DNA of 64,000 nt from Camelus ferus. Taxonomy: Eukaryota. Of this stretch, positions 1 to 13,160 are shown piece by piece. How positions within the stretch are numbered: position 1 is the stretch's first letter; the number at the start of each line of letters is the position of its first letter. A model generated the notes under the pieces. It saw only the letters and a program-made list of their open reading frames with translations, was not told the DNA's origin and made no database searches. The stretch is from NCBI RefSeq assembly GCF_009834535.1, contig NC_045705.1, positions 10,106,001 to 10,170,000 of the forward strand, written 5' to 3'. Position numbers and translations under genes: made by a program.

Positions 1-524
1 CCTTCCTCATGTGCTATCCTTCTTGGATAAAAATTTTGCATTAATGCATTGAAAAAAACATTATGATTCTCAAAATTATAAATTTATTTAGATTTGTACA
101 GATTTTTCTCCTTGTATCACATATTTATGAAAATACATATTATTAGGTCCAGTTTTTTCAAAAATTATTTAAGAAGAATTGAATTTTTAATAAGAAAACA
201 TCAATTATTCTTGCAGTAGTGGTCGTAATAGTCGTAGTAGCAGTAATGCAACGGCTAACTGTTACTAGGTACATATTTTTTGCCAGACACTTCCCTGTGA
301 TTTTACATGTATTGGCTCATTTAAGATTGTCCTTATTATAAATCCCTCTCTATACTCTGGGTACCGGAAAATGTTAAGTTTCAGTACCTTATGGGGGAAA
401 AATTGTCTTTATTATCATAATGCCCTGATAATTAAAATGTCAATTCAAACGGCCCAGGGCTGACCAATTGTGGTTCCAACATTTTTCCAAGGAAACAGTC
501 GTGTTAATGGCCGCACCCACTCAT

Positions 525-745
525 GGACCACTCACTATGTATGCCAGGCGGAGTTCTGCGCCCTTTACTGACATTACTGGTTTTTAACCTTTGCATCAGA
601 CTTATTAGTTAAAAATTAGTATTGCTTCCATTTTTCAGGTTTGGAGATTAAGCCATTTGCCTTGGATCATTATGCTAGACTGTGGCAAAGCCAGGACTGA
701 ACCTAAAGTCGGGCTGACTCCAAGGGCTGGGCCCAACATCACTAT
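525..745 (-). mobile_element. MIR SINE relic
   Basis: Reverse-strand MIR body: ccactcactatgtatgccaggc ... aagccatttgccttggatca ... ggcaaagccaggactgaacc. Confidence 0.75.
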
Positions 746-1962
746 GCTGACTCGGACCCAAATTAATTATTACCTAAATATTGTGTTTGCTTCTACACTT
801 TCAAAGTAGAGCAAAGGCGTCTTTATGTATAGTTGGAGATATGGCTGCTGCCTGTTAGATTCAGTGAAGTTTAACCATCCCTTTATAGTAATTTGGAGAT
901 ATCTTCAAATTAAGCTCAATGTGATGAACTTATGTTCAAACAATTTGCTCACTAGAGTCATCCCTGAGTCTTTAAGATCCCGAAAACAACCCAGCATTAA
1001 ATACTGGCTCGCGTCCTCACTGACCATACACATTCTGACTGCGCTTCCATCACACAATAGTAGTTTGTCACCCCGGGTGTTGTCTGCTTGCCAAGTTAAC
1101 TATTCAAAATTCTTCAGGCTCCAGAACACTACTTCACTAAGAAGAGAACAAAATGCAGGTAGATAGGGGTGTGTGTGTGCAGAAATCACAGTAAAAGCAA
1201 AGAAAAAGCAAGCAATCAAGCAGAGGAAGTAGTTGGAGCGGTGCCTGGATCCCAGAGCTGGGTCTCCCTCACAATAGCCAGGACCTTCCGGAAGCCTGAC
1301 TTCTAATTTGAATCCTTGTTCTTTCCCTCTCTCTGGGCGATAAGGACAACTCTACCCACATCCATCTTGAGTGCTACAAGCTCTTTGTGGCTTCAGGCAG
1401 CAGCTGACATATTTTGACCGAGACGAAGGAGTACTTCCGTGTCTTATTTTTTTCGTTGGAACTCAGAAACTATTTTAATTTTAGTTCCCTTATCGGTAAA
1501 ACGTATAAAAACTCCCACTTTACAGGCTTTTGGGAGGGTTGGATGGGTGAGTGCTGGCTGTGCTCCTTGCACACCGGCACACAGGAAGCACCAGTGATTA
1601 CTTTTGCATTCCATCTTTTGATCCCATAAATGTGCTAGCAGTGAAGCCTTCTAGACACAAAGGGAAAGCTAATTCCCCACAGTCCGTGGAGTGCTTGTGC
1701 CGGCCTCCCACCGCCTTCCGGGAGCCCATTGTGATGCACATTTCTTCCCAGATGAGGCTCCCTCTCTGTCACCTCCCCTTTCCCTATTTTTCTCCCAGAG
1801 ATCCGTTTGTTACACCTTCCCCAACACAGCACATAATTTACACCTTCCATATTCTCCCCTCTAGGAAATCTTACAGCCACAGGCAGGGTGGAAAGCAACT
1901 ACTGGAAAGCAAGCAAGCAGTTACCTTGCTTGTGTGCCCAGCAGTGTCTAGCTCTGCTTAGG

Positions 1963-2765
1963 TGTCAGAGATAAAGCAGGGCCACCTCGTCGTATCCCAG
2001 TGCATTAGACGGAATGCCCAGCTGCTCGGTGTAAACATCGGCTCGCTCAGAACTGCCAGTCAGAGCTGGCTTCTTCTGTTCTCCGCTCTTGCGCCGACTG
2101 GAGGACTGCTTGATCACTGCTCTCTTTCAGAGACAGGATGGAAGGGGGCAGGGCACAGTCATCCAAGGAATGCTACAGCAATTAACATCAAAATGGTGGA
2201 AGACTCAGCCCCTAGTAGGCCTTGAGGCTCAGGATGATGAGAGATTTAACTTCTAGCAGAACTTGAGCTTAATTACATGCCCATTGTAATAGATTAACAT
2301 GGTGAATAACACACCCACAGGCGCCCTGGCAGTCCCAAGGCTAGCCGCAAAAGGTCAAAGAGTGGGAAATGGCCAACTTCCTGGGAATCCAGCCCCTTCC
2401 CCAGGCTAGTTAGACTGGTCCTTCCACTTACTAGCATATGAAACCACCAAGCCCATAAATACTAGCAACATGGTTCCTTGTGGCTGCCGCCCTCTCTCTC
2501 TCTCTGTTTGGAGATGGCCCACACTGTCTGTGGAGTGTGTACCTACTTTTACTCTAATCTGAGCACCCAACCCCCACACCTAGTGGTCTTTCTCTTGCCT
2601 TTCAATGTATCTTTAAATAAATCTACCTTTACTCAACTGTGGTTTGCTCTTTAATTCTTTCCTGCATGAAGCCAAGGACCCACAATTGGCGGGACACGTC
2701 CCAGGGGATCAGCCGAGACCTGGGACACGACCCTCCTCACGCCCCACATCCGTTTTCCTGCATCA
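1963..2765 (+). mobile_element. Solo ERV1-class LTR, about 800 bp
   Basis: Starts TGTCAG, ends cctgcatCA; TATA-like cataaata at 2454-2461; AATAAA at 2616-2621 followed by ctttaattctttcctgcatgaagccaaggaccc typical of ERV1 LTR R/U5. No clean TSD seen. Confidence 0.8.
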
Positions 2766-2774
2766 TTGCCATCG

Positions 2775-2995
2775 AGCCCACCCTTACGTAGGTGCCAGAT
2801 CTTGTGCTGAGCACTTTGAATACGAATCACGTCGAATGATGACAGTCATTTTCTGTGGTAGATATTACCCTCCACGAAATACAGAGGAGGGAAATGAGGT
2901 TCAGAGAGAAGAAGCGAAAAGCCCAGCATCACAGAACTAGACTGGCTAGCGTACAGGTAGTTAGACTCCAGAGCGTGTGCTTTTTATCACTATAT
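2775..2995 (-). mobile_element. MIR SINE relic
   Basis: gtgccagatcttgtgctgagcacttt ... gaggagggaaatgaggttcagagaga ... gcccagcatcacagaactag. Confidence 0.8.
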
Positions 2996-4311
2996 CAAAT
3001 CCTCTCCCATTCTGCGGAATCAAAACTGTGTTGACATGGGTAGATGTTATTCATCTTGTGGGTGAAGATAACAGAGGCATTAGGAAATGAAAGTTCAAAA
3101 GAAATAATTCCATAAATGCAGAATGTCATTTCTCCTTACAGAATTATCCAAAATACAAGGCAAGTCCATTAACCCGATTAGCAGATAAAGGGCTGTCCAT
3201 CTTGGAGAATGTTAATCTCTGGTCACGTGTTGCAAATATTTAACTGTTATCTCCATCACATAATCCCTTCTGGCAAATTTATCTTGAAATATTTTTACAG
3301 CTCTCTCTATGACATATAATTCACAGGAGAAGACCCAACTTAAGCTAACATGTTGAAACCATTCTCAAGAGATCTTAAGATATAAAATTTTATATTCAAT
3401 GTATCACACTATGGTAAATGACACACTAAAAAAGCAGAACATTTTGATTACTAGCATTAAAACAGAGCTCTTAAAAGATTCCAAACGTACTCTGCAGAGG
3501 ATTGTCAGTGGAGGTGGAGTGTAGGGGATTATCTTTCTATCTCAACTGAAATGATTCCACGGTAAGCATTTGGTTACTTAGTAACATTAAAATTGCAATT
3601 ATGTTCCCTTATAATTAACGACCTTCAAATAAATAGTTTTGTGAACAAATTACATCCTGCATGGAATTTTTTCTTTCTATCTTGGTAGTTATTTCACTCA
3701 ATTTCTAAATGCAGAGAGCATGATCTTCCTCTCTAAGTGCTTTTCCACATTCTGAAGAAGAAAGGTTAGCTCTTGCTATAACTCAATGTGGAGATGAATA
3801 GAGCAAGAGAAAATGGGCTCAGGTTTTTAAAAAGAATGAACTGAGAAGGATGGAATGATTTGTACTGTCATATTCCTTGTGACACCAAAACTCCTACAGT
3901 TTAAGGAAAAGAACTCGGCACTTAAGGCAACTGAGCGATCACGTCTAAGAGTATTATGTATGTAGTTACGTTGTTAAAATACATTTTGGTAAGTGATACA
4001 TAATCCTCATACACATGACATTTTGCAGTCAAAGCATTCAGTTGCTTGATGCCATTGGTCACTTTTACTAAAGATACTTGCAAATAAAAAGTGTCTAGGA
4101 AAAGCTTGCTGTAACGGATGAAGTGAAGCCTCAAATTTTTATTGACAAGTTTAGCACTAAAGAAATTAACAAGAAAAGAGTGTCTGTATTTTGTCCTTTT
4201 TGACATGGCTAGCGACAGGGATCCTGACCATGCACCATCTGGCAGCAGGTGGGGTGAAAGGTAACTAGGGGACAGAAAACAAGCTAATATCTTGCTTTTA
4301 TGTTCAGCACT

Positions 4312-4408
4312 CTTTTTCTCCCCACTTAATAGAGGAACTGGGGATTGAACCCAGGACCTCGTGCATGTCAAGCACATGCTCCACCACTGAGTTATACTCC
4401 CCACCCCC
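4312..4408 (-). mobile_element. Camelid tRNA-derived SINE (Vic-1-like)
   Basis: Minus strand ggggtggggagtataactcagtggtggagcatgtgcttgacatgcacgaggtcctgggttcaatccccagt, with A-box and B-box and an A-rich tail; degenerate flanks cagcactctt/cagcaatctt. Confidence 0.88.
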
Positions 4409-4839
4409 TGGCAGCAATCTTATGCTGTCTTCAGGTGCAAAGAAAATACAATGTTATGTCATCTAATCATATATTGACACATTAGTTGAGATGCTCAGTC
4501 ACTTATTTTGAAAACCTGCTAGTTCAAACTTTAAATTTATTGGATACCTAGATTCTGTCTTACTTATCTTCACTGAATAAACAAATAAGTTAAAAACCTA
4601 CACATAAAATAATTTTACATGTTATTATTCTGTAACAGCCACCTTGGCCAGAAATATTTGCTCCATGCAAGACCTCACCCTATGAGATTTATAAATTTCA
4701 ATGAAGCACAAAACTTTCTCTTTTCAAATATAAAAATATTACTGGGAGAGAAGGCGTAATAAGTCATTTTTAAGCAAAAACAAATATATGGGGTTAAATG
4801 TCTAGGATGGTATGAGAGGAGAAGGTGCCTAAGATGGAA

Positions 4840-5480
4840 GAGAGAGAAAAATCATGAAATAAATATGAGGAAAAAAGATAAGAGGTAGGGCATTTTAAGG
4901 CAACAGAGGTAATGATCTGGATGTTGGAAATAATGTGATACACTCTGAAAAAGTGAAGTTGGAGCATTCAACTGCAAGAACACAGCAAAAAAAAAAAAAA
5001 AAAAAGATCTAGAGAGGATGGCGAGGGCTAGACTATGTAGACTATGCAGGGCTTTAAATGCAGTGATAGATAATTTGAACTTGATTTTGTTGCCAGTGGA
5101 GGAGCCTCTGGAAGCTGGAACGGTAGAATTAAATTTCAGAAAGACCACTCTGGCAGCAATAAAGAAGACGAATTGCAAGCGTGGTAGAGGGAATGCAGGA
5201 AGACCAAATAGGAAACAAGAGCGATGCCCAGAGGTGGCGAAGGTCTGCAAGCAATGGTGGTGTAAATGCAAAGGGATGGACATACAGGATTGCATTAGAC
5301 TTTAGGCTTAAGGTTTTAAAATAAAAGTTTCTACAGTGACTCTCATTGTTCAAGACGGAAACTTCTGAAGCAGAAGGCAAGTGAAGCTTTAGGTGGTAAG
5401 ATAATAACTTTGTTTCATTCTAGCTGAGTTTGAGGTGTCCATGAAAAATGAACTGAAAAGTGCATTTGTGGGTGAAGATT
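4840..5480 (-). mobile_element. L2 LINE relic
   Basis: gggctagactatg...gggctttaaatgc...gaacttgattttgttgccagtggaggagcc...agaaagaccactctggcagc pattern of reverse L2. Confidence 0.75.
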
Positions 5481-6869
5481 TTAGGAGAGAATTGTGGGTT
5501 GAAAACATAAATATGCGGAAACATCATAAGATGCTTAAATAGAGCAACATTGTCTTATTTTCTCTGTATTCTTAATTTAAAACCTAAAGCCTGAGCCTTT
5601 AACAAATGCTAAACTGCTTCCATTAATGTTGAGTTGATACCATTACCTACCTCCAAGCTCCCTTGGTTAGATAGGTAACAGATGCAAATCTGTCACAGAG
5701 TAGGAGCTCCATAAATGGACATACCATGGATGTCTAGGACTGCTGCTCTGTTTTTTTTCTTAAACTATTTTCTCAGATTTATAAAATATCAATACATATC
5801 AAATGGTCAACATTCCAATGTAGACTGAAGTATATGGGGACACAGTACTATTAAATAAAGCAGGTTTAAATTAGTTTAAGGCATTATATCAATCTTTTAA
5901 AAGCTTGCAATGCTGTGGCATAGTCAGAAATGGAATTGATGTTATTTCATGTTTAATCTATGAGTCTGTGTGTATGAATCTTACCTGGATGAATTCAGCC
6001 TTGGGGAACTTCAGATGCTTGTTCCATTATTATGATTTGGGCTACTTATGGGCCAGAATTAGCACCATAGGTACCAAATCTTGAAATAGAAAAGACTAAA
6101 CAAATGTGGTGGTCAGCGAAACTACACTTTTTATGAGCTGTCATTAAAATACTGCATTCAAAAAAGCAAATCATGTTTACAGCAGGACTTCTATGATTTC
6201 TGGTACTGAGCAGGTGATGGTGACATTGAAAATAAGGGCAATTTTTAGATATCAGGCTGATAAAGCTCCAACTTACATCTCTGCTGTAAGAAGGAAATGT
6301 TAAAGTCAAGAATTTCTACCAACAACTCAATCACTATTTAGTTGGTACCAAATATTTAGCCTGTCCTACCTGATATATTTTGGTACTGTAGGAAAGGTAA
6401 GGAAAGTCTAAGACATGGTTCTAACCATAAAATACTGCCATATAATAGTATTTTATTGAAAAAAAGTTTCTTAGTGGTCTTATGTCCCTTCCCCATTCTC
6501 ATAGCATTAAGAAATCTCATAGACATCAGAATGTGTGTGCATTTTTAAAAAAACCCTTAAAAATTACAAAATGCCAATCATGATACAGAGATAAAAATTA
6601 GAATGTACTTCTGAGTAGGGCCTGGAATCTCCTGGTATTTTATTATATAGTCATTGTTTAATTTTTCAGAACTAGAGCAAGGACAAACCTACCAGAAGGA
6701 CCAACCATGTTTGCTCACACTGGAATAGAACACATTCAGGCAGGGAGGCAAAGAGGAAGGAAGTGAAGGCACCAGGAAAAAAACCAGAGAATTAATAATT
6801 AACTTAGAATCCTCACCATGTCTGGAGCGAGCCCATTTTGATGACTTTCCCATCTGTACTCCCTTCCTT

Positions 6870-7050
6870 TTTAGCACAAGCATCTCTCCCTTGGACTGAT
6901 CCAACAGCCTGCCAAATGGTGTATCTGCCTCTCATATTACCCAGTCATACTCATCTTCAACCCATTCTTTGCCCTGAAATTAAAACAACTTTTCTAATAA
7001 TGTTATATTATTCCCTTCTGTAAAACTCCTCCATGGGTACTTTTCTGCTC
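6870..7050 (+). mobile_element. L2 LINE relic
   Basis: ccttggactgatccaacagcctgccaaatggtgtatctgcctc...aaaactcctccatgg. Confidence 0.65.
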
Positions 7051-7904
7051 TTATTAAGTCAAGATTATTTACCATGGCTTAAAATTCTCTGGCAGCTCAG
7101 GGATAGTGTAGGAAATCTGGAAAATCAGGTGGGGATCAGATCACAGACTTTTGGAAGAATGATATTTTAAGAGGACTATTTTGCTAGAACTTTAGAAGAT
7201 GAACCAAGGTGAAGAAACTATGAGCAAAATAACCAGTGGAAAAATGTATGAAAATTGAGATGTTAAGAATGTGAAGTACAGTCAATCAGTGGAAATGGAT
7301 GTGAGAAGCATCATGGAGGTAAATTCAACCAAACTTGAAAACCAAATATGGATTCCAAGAGCTTCAGGCTTGAACAATGACAAGGATGATGGTACCTATT
7401 AAGGGAGAGTATTAAGGTGAGGAGTCACATCCTGTCATTGAAGGGTCATTGTGCCTTGTCAACTTGGATAAATAAATAGGCCAAAATGTGCATTCACATC
7501 CTCACGGATCTGCCTCCTGGATGGGCTGCATGAAGGATCTGTGCCCTCCATTAGTCTGGAGCCGAGTTAGTATTAGAAATGAGACAACTACGGATGTAAA
7601 TCCCAGAGAACTCTGATAGAGCATGATTACCACCCTCCAAGGTGCATTACCTGAGAAATCACTGTGACTATGTAGCTCTAATGACCAAAATGATGACCAA
7701 AGACCAAACTGCCATGAGTAGAATTTACAAAAAATTCAGATTGGAATAAGCAAGAGTGTTTTAAGACTCAGAGATGGAACACCTGGAAAGACTGTAGGAT
7801 CCCTGTTAGAGGAATATGAGAACAAGCTGAAAGGCATGGGGATCCCCACCTATAGGATTTCACAAGACGGAACATGGCAAGTTGGAACTGAATGAGACTT
7901 TATT

Positions 7905-8020
7905 TCACAAGAAAAAGCAGCACCCCAGAGAGGAGGAAGTGACTTGGCCCCGGTTATACAGCTGGTGACTGCATCTGATCCAACTGCGATCCACATCCCA
8001 ACGCCCTCCAGACTCCATAA
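7905..8020 (-). mobile_element. MIR core fragment
   Basis: ccccagagaggaggaagtgacttggccccggttatacagctggtga. Confidence 0.65.
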
Positions 8021-8254
8021 CAGCAACTACTCAGGTTCAAGCAACAGTGTTGTGATTCCCACACGGACACCACAGAGGGAAGGCTCAAGCTGGACAATGC
8101 AGCTGGAAAAGAAGGGAAGAGTAAGTTGACCATGAACCTGGATAATCTATTAAAATGGATTATATGATAAGAAAAGGTCAGTAAAGAATTATTTTTCAAG
8201 ACATTACTGCTTGAAGACATCTGTGGAGTCATTAGAAAGAGCTAATTACTGGTA

Positions 8255-8500
8255 ATCATAGTCATAATCATAGTATCTGCAGTACTGTACACTTACTTTG
8301 TAGAAGGCTCTGTGATATGTTCTTAGCCTGGATATGACTCTATCTTTACAGCAACCTTATCAGTGAGACACTAGTATTACTCCTTCTTTTACGAATGAGT
8401 AAACGACGGCTTAGAGATTATGTAAAGTTGCCAAAAATAATTTCTCTACTAAGTGCACCAACCGAGACTTGGAACTCAGTCCATGTTTTTAGACTTTTTG
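8255..8500 (-). mobile_element. MIR SINE relic
   Basis: acacttactttgtagaaggctctgtg...cagcaaccttatcagtgagacactagtattactcc...aaagttgccaaaa. Confidence 0.7.
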
Positions 8501-10454
8501 CTACGTTGCCAATGTATTACCATGGTGGGTCTCTTAGTCTGAGGAAACAAAGTATTTCATAGTTACACGCATGTCCCTACTGCAGAGAAGGGCCCTAGAG
8601 AGACATTTCAGAAGCTTTCTTGGTTAAAACAAAAACAAAAACAAAAACAATTAGCCAAAATCTTCTGGATTGTTACTTACTTAATGAAATGTATTAGTAA
8701 TTTGAAATGGACTACAATGAATTTACTCAGAGAAAATGGGTTCAACTAATTGGTCCAGAAAATCATCTCAAGGATATAATTAAATTGCCTAGTGTACTAT
8801 TACTGCTAGCATAAACACTATTAGTGATCTTCAGGACTGCTTGCATTTCCAGCATAATTAAAAATAAGTGGTGGGAAACATAAGATCCATGAAGAAAATG
8901 TGGTTCAAGGAATCAGTCATGTGGTTAGCTAATGAGAGCAAAGCAAGGTCAGTACTTGAATTGCTTCCAGCATTTTGGTTTTCTGCTATATATTTTAGTT
9001 CTTAGGACTCATCCATTTAAAATAATTACCAAACTCTAAGGTTTCTTTATTTTTAGGGCAGTTGCCATCTTTTTAAAGACCATACTTCTGAGTCCTAAGT
9101 ATGTTGCTGGAAAAAAAGATGTTTAGTAAATATGTGCTGAATAACAGAATTCGATTTTTATAAAAAAGAACATTTTCTTCCAAATTTGATGGAAGACACA
9201 ATTTAAAAGACACACATGACGCTCAACCACATCACTCAGTGAATGTAATCTGCTTCATGCTAAGGATCAGGAACTGGATCAGAGAATCACATACGGCTTC
9301 AAGTCAATGTTGTCACTTCTGCGGAAATTCAGGACGATAAAAGAGTCAGGTAATAAATAATAAGGAATGTAATCATTTTTTAAGTGCCAGGATTCTTTCA
9401 TGACTTATTTCCATTATGCCTGAGGGATCACAAAAGAGGGATCGGTTATATCTGTCGTGAGCCCTGCATTATATACGCATGACTCATAACCTGTTAAAAA
9501 ACAACACTTGAACTTGGTAGATGGAAAACAATATTCTTGAGATTTTAGTTAGGGTCATGTATGTTTCTCCACTGTCACAAGTTACCTTCCTGTGAGGGCC
9601 ATGAGGGACTATTGCTCTCTAGGGAAGACAGAATAAACAGGTGCCTGTATCTCTTTACCTGATGACTTAGGTGGGAGAAAGGTATACACATATATTAGGA
9701 AAGGGATGTAATTTATTACACTCTTAGAATCTGGATTATTTCCTAGTACACAGTAGGCAACCAAGAAATGTCTGCTATTGAATTAGTAAATGCCAAATTA
9801 ATTCCAGTGGCATGGTGGCATGGACACCACCTCTGCAAAATTTAGGTGTTCAACACGAAAAGATGGGGGGTTTTCATTATTCAGTTTTTTAAAACAAATG
9901 CAAATCAAAGAACTAACTCCTGAGAAATGCCAAATATAAGAAGCATATCTTAAATGATCTAGGCAATAGGCCAGAGGCTCCTACTATTAAATTCTTCTAA
10001 GATTTGCTGGAGACCATACCAAAAACACTAGGAGCCACCAAATCTAAAATTTAATAAATTAGGCAACACTAATGTCACAATGTCTCTGCCTTTTGCTTTT
10101 TAAAGTAGATTCTACATTTTCTGGATTCTCCTGCCTGCCTTCACAATGTAGGAGTCTAGTGTGGTATGAGACATCTGAGCTGGAGGTCAGGATACTTGTA
10201 TTCCTATCTTGATTTTGAAAATATAATTTACGGTATATACTTAAATAAACAGTTTCATGAATTTCTGTTGTTAACATTAACATACAGCATACAAGCATTC
10301 TCTCTCTCTCTCTCCATGGCCCGACCTATCTTTAAATTTAATTAGAGATATATAAGATAAGCCTAGAAAATAAAAAACCTAAAATACTATGCTCTATGAT
10401 AAAATGCCATGCTGTTTTTTCCTTCTGTGCATTTTATAATACTTTTCTTATCCC

Positions 10455-10760
10455 GTGCTTTTTTCACTCACTGGAAACCCATTTCCTTTCTTCTCTGTTC
10501 TTTCCCCTCTAGCTTAGCAAATAACAAACTCCTATTCAGGCCTTAAGTCCCAGGTGTATGTCAATTCCTGATGGATTTTTTTTTTTTTTTCTGATGCTTT
10601 CCTTCCACCTAAATCAGTGTTAGGTGGCATTCAACTCTCTCTCAATCTTATCATTGTATATGACAATAGCATTTAATTAACTTTTTTCCTTCTGTCCTCT
10701 TGATTTGTCCGGAAAATCCCTCGAGGGTAAGTACTATGTCTTACTATCTTTCATCCACTC
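10455..10760 (+). mobile_element. L2 3' region relic
   Basis: caaactcctattcaggccttaagtccca...ccctcgagggtaagtactatgtcttac. Confidence 0.65.
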
Positions 10761-11589
10761 TTTCCAAAGACTTTTATTGAACATTTGTTATATATAAGGT
10801 GCTGTATTTGGGGCTAGAAATTCTTGCCCCTAAGCTCAGTTTATTACATAGAAAATAGTTCTGTGGAATGAATGAATGAGAACTTGCAATAAGTCAAGGA
10901 CGCTTTAAAAGGTAGCTCATTTTAAAGAAAAAGCTTAAATGGAAAGTTGGCCATTGTGGGGTGACTGTCTGGGCAGGGCAGGGAATAGCAGTCTTCACCT
11001 CACGTCATTAAATTCATAATTATCTGTTCAATAAAAAGTGAGCTTTTTAATCTTCAACTGTCCCATCTTTTCTACAGTCTATAACATTGGTATGGAAAAT
11101 AGATGAGAAAATAAATGCAGAAGTGTTTGAAAAGCACATGGTATAAAAAGCTGTGATGGTCATAATCATTTTACAGATAGCCATGTTCGGGAAAGAGTTG
11201 CAATTTAAAACCTGGGTTTTCAGTCAAAGCTGTGTTTCTACGCTCTTTGTTAATCTTGTAAAAGCATGAAACAAGTACAATGTGGAACCGGTTCTGTATG
11301 AAAAACTAGAGAAGACTCAGGAATAGTCAAATGTGCAACCTCGGGACTTGTTCTAAGACAGCTCTGCATGCTCTAAAACAGTACGTGGTCTTTAACTCAG
11401 AAAGTTTGCTGTTAGAAATTGGTCTTAAAAGAAAACTGTCACATATTTTCATTGCACTTCTGTATATAGTAGTAAATATTGTATTCAAGCTAAATTTTCA
11501 TTATTGATTTTCTCAATAGCTTTTGAAGATTAAAAATGAATATTAAAACCTGATCACTTAACATGGAACTTTATCATGGAAATTAGGGA

Positions 11590-11770
11590 ACATAGAACAG
11601 TATATGTAGTGTTATCTCATTTTCATAAAAGTCTATATGAATGTATATTTCAACAGAATTATATATATTATTGTATATACAATAAACTATGATATCCATA
11701 TATATGTGTATGGAAAGTTTTGAAGGATACATTCTAAACTATTAGTCCTACTTATTTTGAGAGAGCGAGG
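11590..11770 (+). mobile_element. Old L1ME-type 3' UTR fragment
   Basis: gaacagtatatgtagtgttatctcattt...ggaaagttttgaaggatacattctaaact. Confidence 0.6.
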
Positions 11771-12659
11771 TTATGGATAATGTGGATAAATAGACAATGA
11801 GATAAATAATTCAACTAATTAGAAGTGCATGATAAAGACATTCCAAACATAAAATATGTCACTCAGCACCTTTAATGGAAAGCAGACACAGTTTCAGTCT
11901 GAGTTTGCATATGGCCACCTGCCTTGGGTGTCTCAGGAGTACTGCTGGCTTTCTTGTTTACCTATGGTCATAGCAGTTCTAGGATAATAGAAGTCAAAAG
12001 ATCTTTCAATCCACATTTTCTTATCCTTTACCTACAGAAATGAGAATGGCATGAATAGTTTAGAAAGTACCTAGCTCAAACCAAATACTGGATAATGCAG
12101 TGAAGCAGAGATCAGAAATCCTAACTGAAACAGTCTGGGCTTCGGTCCCAGACTTCCTGGCAAAACAGATTCTGTGGGCCGACAGACAATGGAAATTAGA
12201 ACCAACCTCCCAGTGAAAAGAGGCACTGACATCATGAATGAGTTCTTAACTCGAAGAAAAAAATCTAAGAAGCAATTTCTGAAAACAGTCCTACAGGGAG
12301 TTTATGCACATTTGTGAGAAAAGTAAAATAAAATAAAACATTGGGGCTGGAAAGGAACTTACCCACCATTTAACTTAATTTTTTCATTGCACAGATGAAG
12401 AAACGGAGGCCCAAAAGGGAAAAAAGTTGCCAAAGTCACTCTGTAAATTAGCTCTTTAAAAGTCAAATCTCCTGATCTACAAATTAGTGCAGTTCTTATC
12501 TGAGACTCTTAAGCTGAAACACTGCTGTTCCTGTGGGCCATGTAATTCTCCGGACAAAAGAAGATTAGGTCATATCAAATCCTGTTCTGACTACCCCAGG
12601 CAGTTATGTAATATTTTGTGGTTATACAGTACTCTTAAAAAAAAAAAACAAGAACCTTT

Positions 12660-12830
12660 GTTAGTTTACTTGCAAAACACTATTAAACTATTTATTTATC
12701 TCCCATAGCAAAATATGTGTTCCTTGAGGTTAAGAATTGTATTGTATTCACCTCAATTCCTCCGTGCCAATTACACTATCCAGAAGATAGAAGGCACTCA
12801 GTAAATATTTCACAAATGAATGAATGATTT
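12660..12830 (+). mobile_element. L2 3' end
   Basis: Ends aggcactcagtaaatatttcacaaatgaatgaatga. Confidence 0.75.
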
Positions 12831-12949
12831 CGTTTTCTATTATAGCTGATAATGAGAGGTACTCTTTTTTTTTAATTAAAGTATAGTCAGTTGAGAGGAA
12901 TTCTTGATGGATTAATCAAGGGATATCATGATATGATGGAAAAAGTCGG

Positions 12950-13160
12950 CTCTGATAGCTATGGACTGCGAATTTAAGCCCCGTCTATATCAGTCCCTAA
13001 ATGTAAGACTTTAAGCAAGATCCTTAAGTCCTGGAGCAGCAGATTCCTCATCCATAAACCTGAGGAAATGATACCTGCTATTCCACCTCCCAGTGTGGCC
13101 ATGAGGATCAGATATGAAACGCCTGAAATTAAAAGTACTTTTATGAATAGCAAATTGTTA
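12950..13160 (+). mobile_element. MIR SINE relic
   Basis: gactttaagcaagatccttaag...gattcctcatccataaacctgagg...atgaggatcagatatga. Confidence 0.7.

Noticed and set aside
4228-4256. CTCF-like motifs (also about 5226-5240)
   Set aside because: Two or three mismatches at core positions; expected by chance in 64 kb.
4330-4400. tRNA gene
   Set aside because: A/B boxes are present but there is no cloverleaf and there is an A-rich tail; it is a SINE.
3922-4404. 160-aa minus-strand ORF
   Set aside because: Starts inside the Vic-1 SINE, has no recognisable domain and no splice context; chance ORF.
4852-5305. Overlapping 147-aa and 95-aa ORFs
   Set aside because: Both are within an L2 relic, and the longer one crosses a poly-A run.
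7420-7900. Possible processed pseudogene or CR1 fragment
   Set aside because: The frame I translated has several stops and matched no protein I recognise; similarity to L3 is too weak.
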